From NCBI GenBank assembly GCA_016176335.1, contig JACOXI010000003.1, positions 6,920-70,919 on the forward strand: DNA of 64,000 nucleotides, in the 5' to 3' direction. Both the position numbers and the translations under genes were made by a program. The DNA comes from Candidatus Daviesbacteria bacterium. Lineage in GTDB: Bacteria; Patescibacteriota; Microgenomatia; Daviesbacterales; UBA10151. How positions within the stretch are numbered: position 1 is the first letter of the stretch; each line of letters opens with the position of its first letter. Shown here piece by piece: positions 56,533 to 64,000 of the stretch. The notes under the pieces were generated by a model. It saw nothing but the letters and a program-made list of their open reading frames with translations, had not been told where the DNA came from and did no database searches.

Positions 56533-58830
56533 TCATAACACTAATAACTTCATCTCTCCCCAATTGGGGCCTACTTTTAGATCCACCACTACTGGTACAG
56601 ATAATTTTAGGGCATTTTCCATTTTATCTTTGACCATTTGGGCAATTTCTTTAACGCTCTTGGGGTCACACTCAAACAACAATTCATCATGAACCTGGAG
56701 GATGAGTCGGCAGCTATCAGATCGTTCGCTGCGCTCACTGTCAGCTTTCAGACTGTCTGACGACTGATGACTGATGACTGATAACTCCTTATCAATTTCC
56801 ACCATGGCCTTTTTGATCATATCTGCTGCTGTTCCTTGAACCGGATGATTGATGGCTGCTCTCTCACCAGCTGCTTTGATGGCGTGATTTGAGGCTGTAA
56901 GTTCAGGGATATATCTTTTCCTGCCCCAAAGAGTTTCAACATACCCCCTTTCATATCCAAAGGCTAAAGTCTTTTGCATCCACTGGGAAACTTTGGGGAA
57001 TTGTGCAAAATATTCCGCAATATATGTTCGCGCCACCTCATATTCCACCCCTAACTGACGGGACAAGGCATGGGGGCCCTGACCATATAACGTTGCAAAG
57101 TTCATGGTTTTACCTACATTTCTTTGCTGTTTTGTAATTTTATCAATTGGCATTTTGAAAATTTTACTGGCAGTTGCTACATGAATGTCTAATCCTTCTC
57201 TGAAGGACTTTCTTAATCCCGGATCATCTGCCAAATGAGCCATAATCCTAAGCTCGATTTGTGAATAATCAGCTGCCAAAAGTACCTTGCCTTTGGGAGC
57301 AATGAAGGCGCGTCTTATTTCTCCACCCTCCTCACCTTTAATTGGGATATTTTGCATGTTTGGGTTTTGAGAAGACAGCCTGCCTGTGGCAGCTCCTTCC
57401 ACATTAAAAGTGGAGTGAATCCTGCCATCTAATCCTACAGATTTAGGCAAGGCATCTATGTAGGTTGATACCAGTTTGAAAAGCTGGCGATACTCTAAAA
57501 GTAATGGCACTACAGGATGAGCTGCTACCAACTCATGAAGGGTGGCCTCATCTGTTGATCTACCAGTTTTGGTCTTTCTCACCACTGGTAATTTAAGTTC
57601 GTCAAACAGAATCTGCGACAGTTGCTTTGGGCTGTTCGGATTAAACTCATGTCCTATTTTTGAGTAAATTTCTTTTTCTAATTTAATTAATCTACCTTTT
57701 AAGGCTTTCCCAAGTCTCTCTAAAAACCTTAAATCTATTAGTACACCAGTTTTGGACATCCTTTCTAAAACTGGCTGTACAGCTAAATCCAAATCCGTGG
57801 TATTTATGGAGTTAGCGAAGTCAGAGGTAGCCAAAAAATGTGGCGCAGTTGAGCGCACATCCTTATCCATGCTTGAATTACCTACTTGGCGCGAAACAAG
57901 TCCCAAGCGAGCGACCTGGTCGCGCGAGCGGTTTTTTGCATCCTGACGAGCTACTCCCACACCTGGAATCCTACCAATCAAACTTTTAAACTCCAATTCT
58001 TCAAACAATTTAACTACTTTTTCTTTATCAAAATCATGAACCTCACACTTCTTCAAATCTAACTTAATTGGGGCTTTGCCATCTAAGGTGGCTAGTTTTT
58101 TACTCATTACAGCATCTTCTGCACCTTCTGCCAACAGCTTTTGCATTCTTTGCGGTAAAGTTTTTAAATTCTTGGGACGGTAAATTTCTTCAATCGTGCC
58201 AAACTGGTGTATTAATTTTGTCGCAGATACATCCCCTATTCCAGAAACTCCCGGGATATTATCCGATGCATCTCCTGCCAGCGCCTTATAATCAACCAAA
58301 AGTTTGGGTGCAAATCCATATCTTGCCACAAACTCTTCCTCCCCATACAGCCCCACATCCGCAAGGGTTTTTTTAGGCATAAAAACTTTCACTTTTCCAT
58401 TAATCAGCTGCATGATATCCCGATCACCTGTCACAATAATAATTTCTAATTTCAAATTTTTAATTTTTAATGCTTGGCTTGCCAGTGTGGCAATCAGATC
58501 ATCTGCCTCATAACCTGATAAGCTAAATTGCGGCATGTTAAATGCCCTGATGACCTCATGCACTCTGTGATATTGATTACCCAATGCCTGATCCAGCTCA
58601 CGTCTTGTGGCTTTATATTGAGTATAAGCTTGATGTCTAAATGTCGGCCCCCTTTCATCCCAGGCAACGGCCAGAAATGTAGGTTTAAGCTCATTTAAAA
58701 CCTTCAGCATCATTGAGGAAAATCCATATACAGCATTGACCAGTTCTCCTTGGGAAGTAGTAAAAGGAGGAGTAGCATGATAAGCCCGATGCAGCAAAGC
58801 ATTACCATCAACTAAAACCAGTCGTTTCAT
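56533..58830 (-). CDS. polA: DNA polymerase I lacking the 3-5 exonuclease domain
   Basis: DGNALLHRAYHA, GDASDNIPGV, DYSQIELR, KTMNFATLYG, QVHDEL. Confidence 0.96.
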   Translation of the reverse strand: MKRLVLVDGNALLHRAYHATPPFTTSQGELVNAVYGFSSMMLKVLNELKPTFLAVAWDERGPTFRHQAYTQYKATRRELDQALGNQYHRVHEVIRAFNMPQFSLSGYEADDLIATLASQALKIKNLKLEIIIVTGDRDIMQLINGKVKVFMPKKTLADVGLYGEEEFVARYGFAPKLLVDYKALAGDASDNIPGVSGIGDVSATKLIHQFGTIEEIYRPKNLKTLPQRMQKLLAEGAEDAVMSKKLATLDGKAPIKLDLKKCEVHDFDKEKVVKLFEELEFKSLIGRIPGVGVARQDAKNRSRDQVARLGLVSRQVGNSSMDKDVRSTAPHFLATSDFANSINTTDLDLAVQPVLERMSKTGVLIDLRFLERLGKALKGRLIKLEKEIYSKIGHEFNPNSPKQLSQILFDELKLPVVRKTKTGRSTDEATLHELVAAHPVVPLLLEYRQLFKLVSTYIDALPKSVGLDGRIHSTFNVEGAATGRLSSQNPNMQNIPIKGEEGGEIRRAFIAPKGKVLLAADYSQIELRIMAHLADDPGLRKSFREGLDIHVATASKIFKMPIDKITKQQRNVGKTMNFATLYGQGPHALSRQLGVEYEVARTYIAEYFAQFPKVSQWMQKTLAFGYERGYVETLWGRKRYIPELTASNHAIKAAGERAAINHPVQGTAADMIKKAMVEIDKELSVISHQSSDSLKADSERSERSDSCRLILQVHDELLFECDPKSVKEIAQMVKDKMENALKLSVPVVVDLKVGPNWGEMKLLVL
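56705..56787 (-). repeat. Empty heptamer cassette, in frame in polA
   Basis: TCAGTCGTCAGACA (=6727-6740) joined to AGTCTGAAAGCTGACAG (=7085-7101). Confidence 0.85.
57814..57951 (+). repeat. ~138-nt element, copy 3, inside the polA reading frame
   Basis: Homologous to 13235-13373 and 26621-26757. Confidence 0.85.
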
Positions 58831-58899
58831 ACCCGCATTTTAGCAGAAATTAAACAAAATATTTTACAGCCGGGGAATATGCTAAACTAACTTCATCGG

Positions 58900-59733
58900 A
58901 TGAACGGCAAATATTTCACCAGTTTTGACGGGACTAAAATTTATTATCATAAAAAGGAGAAAGATGAAGGTAAATGGTTAATATTTTTGCATGGGTTTGG
59001 CGGTGACCTGACAGCCTGGCAGAAAGAAAGAGATTATTTTGCCAAACTGGGCATATCCACCATTGCTATGGATTTAAGAGGCCATGGTTTGTCTGAGCGA
59101 AGTGACAGAAAACAGTTCTATAATTTGGAAAATTTTGCCAAAGATTTAGAGATGCTTTTGCAGCAGGAAGAAATCAAAAATTATGTAACTGTCGGCCACT
59201 GTTTTGGCGGCATGGTGGCTATTTTTTTCCAGGCTAAGTTACCTAATCAATCAAAGGGGTTGATTTTAATTGATACCAGTTATAAACCCCCCTTTATCGG
59301 TAACAGTCCCGTTTCGAAAATCTTACTCAGGTATATTTTTGATCTGTTTTCCCGCCTGCCTAATTTGCAGACCAAAGGACATGCTGATTTTAATCAATTT
59401 GTCGGTACCTCTGATTTGGATATCACAAGAATTTTGTCTGATATGCTGCATACTTCTTTAAAAAGCTACCTGACAATTTGTCAAACCCTGGCAGGACTGG
59501 ATGCTGAAAAACTGCTTGATCAAATTTCCGTGCCTACTTTGGTTGTGCAGGGCACAAAAGATACTATTTTCCCACCTGATGTTGCAAAGTATCTTCACAA
59601 AAGGATTAAAAAATCCGAACTTGATTTAATAGAAGGAGCAAATCATATTATTGTGATCAATAACCCAAAAGAGCTTGAAGCAAGCCTAGAAAAATTCCTC
59701 AAAAAGATCAATTTCCTCGGCAAAAATTTTTGA
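58900..59733 (+). CDS. Alpha/beta hydrolase
   Basis: FLHGFGG, DLRGHG, GHCFGG, GTKD, NH. Confidence 0.9.
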   Translation: MNGKYFTSFDGTKIYYHKKEKDEGKWLIFLHGFGGDLTAWQKERDYFAKLGISTIAMDLRGHGLSERSDRKQFYNLENFAKDLEMLLQQEEIKNYVTVGHCFGGMVAIFFQAKLPNQSKGLILIDTSYKPPFIGNSPVSKILLRYIFDLFSRLPNLQTKGHADFNQFVGTSDLDITRILSDMLHTSLKSYLTICQTLAGLDAEKLLDQISVPTLVVQGTKDTIFPPDVAKYLHKRIKKSELDLIEGANHIIVINNPKELEASLEKFLKKINFLGKNF

Positions 59734-60894
59734 TTAAGCAGCTTGTTTTTGGAAAACCTGGCTAATAACTTTTTGAGGTTCAATTAAAACAGTTGAATGA
59801 AATCCATTTGGATCATCAATAACTTCCATTTGGGGGTTTACCTGTCTCAATCTTGCTTCTAATTCTTTATCACCTCTAAAAAGCTCGTAACTTCTGGTCA
59901 GGTTATCCTTCTGTCCTGAGTAAACAATGATACGCCCGCCTTCTCTCACTCTGACATTCTGCCATACTTGATACAAAGTACAAACTTTTTCCAGCATAAT
60001 TCTTGTTAAATTAGCCTTTAGATCGTTTTGCTCCATTTGACCTCTATTACTAAGCGTATATTTAGGCAGATTACGCGACAGTAAATTTCTAAGCTCATTA
60101 AGGATACCCAGATTTAAAGAATGTTCTGAAATATTTGCACTGGAAGCAGGATTTAAAAGTACAGCCCTCTCTACCCTTGCTCGATTCTTTGGATCGTTTA
60201 GAAATTCTGCAATAATTACAGCTCCTATTGAATGCCCCCATAACTCTACTTGATTATTTTCTCCTACTAAGGCATTAATCGCACCTTTAAAAAACTTCGT
60301 ATGAGGCCCAAATCCGGGAGTCTGGGAAACTGCTTCAGCAAATTCAGGCGTAATCCTGCCCATAATTGATTCAGGCATACCTACCACAATTACTTTTCTT
60401 CCCATATAGGCAATCTCCTGAGCTAAGGCGCCTACACAATCAATATCATTAGATAGACCAGGGATTAAAAAAATGGGAGGATTACTATACAGTACAGTAT
60501 TGGGAGTTTTTCTGGATTCAGGAGAAATCATTATTGTATATCTGGCAGACTGTTCTCCTAAGCCCGGAATATTTACTTTAACTTCTCCTTGAGTAAGATA
60601 CTGTTCGGCTATTTCATCCCGTGCATGAGCTTCCAATAAAATACTTATCCTAGCTTCCTTATCAGCTTTTGAAGTTGATTTAAACTCTTTCAACAGTTGT
60701 GCTCTGGTTGTCCTTATTGATAAAAATCGTTCTGATTGTACTTCTGACCTGTTAACTCCTTTAACGGTGGATCGATGAGTGACAAGCCTAAGCGCATACA
60801 GTAGTTTTTCCAAATTTGCAACTAGATTTTTTTCCGGTACAACCTTTTCTTGAATTGGAGGTGTTCTAATCACACCTGATTCAGCATTCCCCAT
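59734..60894 (-). CDS. Alpha/beta hydrolase-fold protein
   Basis: LIPG, GHSIG, GQKD, FH. Confidence 0.7.
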   Translation of the reverse strand: MGNAESGVIRTPPIQEKVVPEKNLVANLEKLLYALRLVTHRSTVKGVNRSEVQSERFLSIRTTRAQLLKEFKSTSKADKEARISILLEAHARDEIAEQYLTQGEVKVNIPGLGEQSARYTIMISPESRKTPNTVLYSNPPIFLIPGLSNDIDCVGALAQEIAYMGRKVIVVGMPESIMGRITPEFAEAVSQTPGFGPHTKFFKGAINALVGENNQVELWGHSIGAVIIAEFLNDPKNRARVERAVLLNPASSANISEHSLNLGILNELRNLLSRNLPKYTLSNRGQMEQNDLKANLTRIMLEKVCTLYQVWQNVRVREGGRIIVYSGQKDNLTRSYELFRGDKELEARLRQVNPQMEVIDDPNGFHSTVLIEPQKVISQVFQKQAA

Positions 60895-60918
60895 ACCCTA
60901 TCATGATATCATACTGAT

Positions 60919-61914
60919 TTACTTAAATACTTTTTTGGCATAATCTAGATACTGGGGATGACCCATTTTTTCCATAAAGTACCACCACTCAACTCCCCAA
61001 ATATAGGCTGTATCAAAGCCTGTTTTTTGGGCATAGGTGATATTTTTCCTAAATTCATCTACAGAGAAAAGTGAAAGTTGTTGAGCAATAGGCATATTTT
61101 TGAAATCATTGTTGGGGGACCAAGGCTCGGCTTGAAGTTCTGTAATGATGGTTTTTTGATTATTTTTGGCAAATATGGCCCGCACAATGGTTGATTTTAG
61201 ACTGTAGAAATATGGCGGGAGTGGATAGGTCACATATCCAAATGTTTTATCATAGACTTTACGATAAAGAGTGGTTCCGAAAATATCTGAAAGCTCCATA
61301 GGGGTAATCCAAAATCCCAATTCCCCTGAATCAGTCACAATAATTGATTTGCTATTTAGTTTACGGACCAGTTCCACCTCGGCTCTCAAGAAATCTTTAT
61401 CCGGAGGATCACAACCCTCACCAAAGGAAGCAAGCAGAGGCTCATTCTCCACCTGCCAGGCCCAAACAGCAGGATTATTTTGATACCTTTCAACAACTTT
61501 GGTGATAAATTGTAAAGTTTTTTCTTGTCTGTCTTTGACGCTCAACTTTTTGACCCAATCAGGTATGTGACACTCTGGCCAGCGTGGCTGGCGAGCCCCT
61601 AAAACCAAAATAACCTTAGCTTGTCTTCTGCCTGCTTCCGCAAGCATAAAATCAACCCCAGAATAGTCATCATTGCTCTCGTCTGCTTGTAAAACATCCC
61701 AGTAAGCAGGCAGCCTTAAATTTTTAACTTTGAGGTCATCTAAGATCTTAGGATAAATCTCCTGCCAATCCAGCTTTAAATCATTGGCAGACTTTGGGGA
61801 AAAAGTCACACCGTATTTTATCTTTGAAGGATATGGATATGCAACTTTAAAGATGGAATCTGCCAGAAAAATTAATGCCAGAAAGGCTACTAAAATTATT
61901 AAAATAACCTTCAT
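60919..61914 (-). CDS. Clan GH-A glycoside hydrolase-like protein
   Basis: WQVENEP, ITELQAEPW, N-terminal TM; start moved to ATG 61914. Confidence 0.75.
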   Translation of the reverse strand: MKVILIILVAFLALIFLADSIFKVAYPYPSKIKYGVTFSPKSANDLKLDWQEIYPKILDDLKVKNLRLPAYWDVLQADESNDDYSGVDFMLAEAGRRQAKVILVLGARQPRWPECHIPDWVKKLSVKDRQEKTLQFITKVVERYQNNPAVWAWQVENEPLLASFGEGCDPPDKDFLRAEVELVRKLNSKSIIVTDSGELGFWITPMELSDIFGTTLYRKVYDKTFGYVTYPLPPYFYSLKSTIVRAIFAKNNQKTIITELQAEPWSPNNDFKNMPIAQQLSLFSVDEFRKNITYAQKTGFDTAYIWGVEWWYFMEKMGHPQYLDYAKKVFK

Positions 61915-61933
61915 ACAACCATGATACCTTAAA

Positions 61934-62653
61934 TTATCTTGGATTACCCATAAAAACAGGTTCTCTTTTGAGTTTATAGCCATAAATAAATGTTTTTATA
62001 TAGGCAAGTATGCCGCTTAAGAGTCCTTGTTTAAATCTTCTGCCGGAAAAAATAACCGGTTTGTTGATGAATTTAATTCTGCCAAATTTTTTAACTCTTT
62101 GGGCTAAATCTGTATCCTCAAGTGCTTGAAGGTTTGGACTAAAACCACCAGATTTAATATAGACATCCTTTTTAATGGCAAAACTAAATCCGGCCAGCCA
62201 GTAATGGCCGAAGAATACTTTGTAAAGATAGGTTGCTGTGGGCTGTACAGAGTTAAATATGGCATCATTTATTGCACCCAAATCCAAAGTCTTACATGAA
62301 GTGGTGGTGGCAATTATCTCTCCATTAGCCAGTCCGCCTACCAAAGTATCTATCCATTCTGGATAAACTATGGCATCAGCATCAGTTGATAAAATTATTT
62401 CTCCTTTTGCTTCTTTAAATCCCCTGTACCTAGCTGCTCCCCTGCTCTGTTTTTTTTCATTTACCACCTTCAGATTAAATTTGTCTTTAAACTTTTCTGC
62501 TATTTGAACTGTAGTATCAGTTGAGTTGTTATCCACCACAATCACCTCATAATTTAGACTGGTCCTCTGTTCTACCAAAGACTTGAGACAATTCTCAATA
62601 TATTTCTCTTCATTGTAAGCAGGAATTACAATTGAAACATCTACTTTGCTCAT
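61934..62653 (-). CDS. GT2 glycosyltransferase
   Basis: IPAYNEE, VDNNSTD, DAD, ED. Confidence 0.93.
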   Translation of the reverse strand: MSKVDVSIVIPAYNEEKYIENCLKSLVEQRTSLNYEVIVVDNNSTDTTVQIAEKFKDKFNLKVVNEKKQSRGAARYRGFKEAKGEIILSTDADAIVYPEWIDTLVGGLANGEIIATTTSCKTLDLGAINDAIFNSVQPTATYLYKVFFGHYWLAGFSFAIKKDVYIKSGGFSPNLQALEDTDLAQRVKKFGRIKFINKPVIFSGRRFKQGLLSGILAYIKTFIYGYKLKREPVFMGNPR

Positions 62654-62734
62654 ACTTATGAGTATTCTAACAGGATTTTGACAAAAACATAAATTTTGAC
62701 AATTCTTTTGTGCTTCTATATTATTTAATTTAAG

Positions 62735-63460
62735 ATGAATTTACCTATAAGCATCATCGTCCCTACTTTTAATGAGGGACTCTACCTTCCTAAACTACTG
62801 CAATCTTTACAAAATCAGACCAAAAAACCGACCCAAACTATAGTGGCCGATGCCTTCTCGCTTGATAATACCAGGCAAATTGCTAAATCTTTCGGTTGTA
62901 TGGTGGTAGATGGCGGATTACCCTCTGTTGCCAGAAACCGCGGAGTAAAATTTGCCACACAGCCAATCCTGCTTTTTTTGGATGCGGATGTAGACTTACC
63001 GCCCTATTTTTTAGAGCGGACTTTTACTGAAATGGTGACCAGAAACTTGGATATTGCCTCATGCTTCATCATTCCCAAATCTTCGCTGCGTGTTGATCAC
63101 CTTCTGCACTTGTTCGCCAACCATTACATGAAACTGACGCAAAGGTTCCACCCTCACGTCCCCGGATGTTGCATATTCGTTAAAAAAGATGTCCATCAAG
63201 CCATCGGAGGCTTTGATGAATCACTAATTCTTTCTGAAGATCATGACTACGTCAGACGCGCCAAAAAAGTGGGCAGGTTTGATTACCTAAAATCATACAA
63301 GATACCAGTTTCCGTCAGAAGATTATCAGCAGAAGGTCGGATCAAAATTGCACTCAAATATATTGCAATTGAGCTGCATCTAATTTTTATCGGTAACATC
63401 AGAAGAAATATTTTCAAATACCGTTTTGGGCACTACTACAAACTTTTCAAAGACGCATAG
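62735..63460 (+). CDS. GT2 glycosyltransferase
   Basis: VPTFNE, ARNRG, FLDAD, GGFDE..ED. Confidence 0.93.
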   Translation: MNLPISIIVPTFNEGLYLPKLLQSLQNQTKKPTQTIVADAFSLDNTRQIAKSFGCMVVDGGLPSVARNRGVKFATQPILLFLDADVDLPPYFLERTFTEMVTRNLDIASCFIIPKSSLRVDHLLHLFANHYMKLTQRFHPHVPGCCIFVKKDVHQAIGGFDESLILSEDHDYVRRAKKVGRFDYLKSYKIPVSVRRLSAEGRIKIALKYIAIELHLIFIGNIRRNIFKYRFGHYYKLFKDA

Positions 63461-63996
63461 CATTTTTGGGCGCGGCTAGTTAAAACTAGTTTCTCTACGT
63501 CATTTAAGGCAGAAGAGGTTGCTTCTTTGGCAAAAAAATCACAAACCGGCGCTCTTGCATCGCTTGGGATATCTTGCCTATCCGTCAGTCTGTTGAGGAC
63601 GTTTCTTACGGCCATTTTAGCTCTGGGGTTGGAAATTTGAGGGTAAACTTTTTCCAGAGTTTGAATATGAATCACCAAATTATTACTGATTTCTTTGGCA
63701 AAAAAACTCGCAGTTTTCAAATCTTTGGGAACCGGCAATGATGCTACAAGCACCCAATACCGATCCAGTGTTGGTTCTATCAAATCTTGTCTGTTTCCCG
63801 GGATAAGGCTTTTTACCTCCCGCAGCCTTCTTGTGGCAAATTCCAAGCTTCTGATGAGTTTAATGTTTGTGGTTTGGGCAAAGTGCATCTCCAAAGATTC
63901 CCTAACAGCTTTCAGAAAGTATAACGGCGAAGCAGGGTTAATTTGTGACTGACCAATATCATTCTCATAAGCTAAAGCGCTGTTACAACTTGCCAA
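63436..63996 (-). CDS. DUF5667-like helical protein, start beyond the window
   Basis: NPASPLYFLKAVRE, ATRRLRE. Confidence 0.7.
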   Translation of the reverse strand: MASCNSALAYENDIGQSQINPASPLYFLKAVRESLEMHFAQTTNIKLIRSLEFATRRLREVKSLIPGNRQDLIEPTLDRYWVLVASLPVPKDLKTASFFAKEISNNLVIHIQTLEKVYPQISNPRAKMAVRNVLNRLTDRQDIPSDARAPVCDFFAKEATSSALNDVEKLVLTSRAQKCYASLKSL

Positions 63997-64000
63997 AAAA

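Noticed and set aside
57814-57951. Intein or self-splicing intron in polA
   Set aside because: Too short, no C/S...HN intein ends or recognisable intron core, and homologous copies are intergenic
1-64000. tRNA, rRNA, transposase or prophage genes
   Set aside because: No cloverleaf, rRNA signature, DDE/HUH/integrase motif or phage structural gene recognised by eye

Overview
Chromosomal window of a low-GC bacterium using the standard genetic code. Gene content suggests a Patescibacteria/CPR (Microgenomates-like) genome; this taxonomy is inferred, not searched. In order it holds: a secreted-protein/pilin cluster; uppS and a polyprenyl synthase; a decayed 1.5-kb patch; a mevalonate operon with an archaeal-type upper half; a DsbA/CcdA cluster; pth; two inositol monophosphatases; EndoQ-family nuclease; ATP-dependent ligase; a toxin-antitoxin pair; fic; pyrB-carA-carB; argH-argG-argF behind an apparent T-box riboswitch; recF; mutM; glpX-fba; polA; hydrolases and glycosyltransferases. 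No rRNA, tRNA, CRISPR array or recognisable transposase was seen. The main unexplained signal is a dense layer of small repeat elements lying both between genes and in frame inside core enzymes. (1) A cassette with inverted heptamer arms occurs once filled with a four-helix-bundle gene (6704-7141) and several times empty: inside the polyprenyl synthase, inside polA, intergenic, and in the T-box antiterminator loop. (2) Many 7-mer and 9-mer tracts are translated into peptide inserts. (3) GC-rich hairpin modules are nested inside each other. (4) A ~138-nt structured element occurs three times, once in frame in polA. All coordinates were counted by eye and product calls rest on recognised motifs, not database searches.
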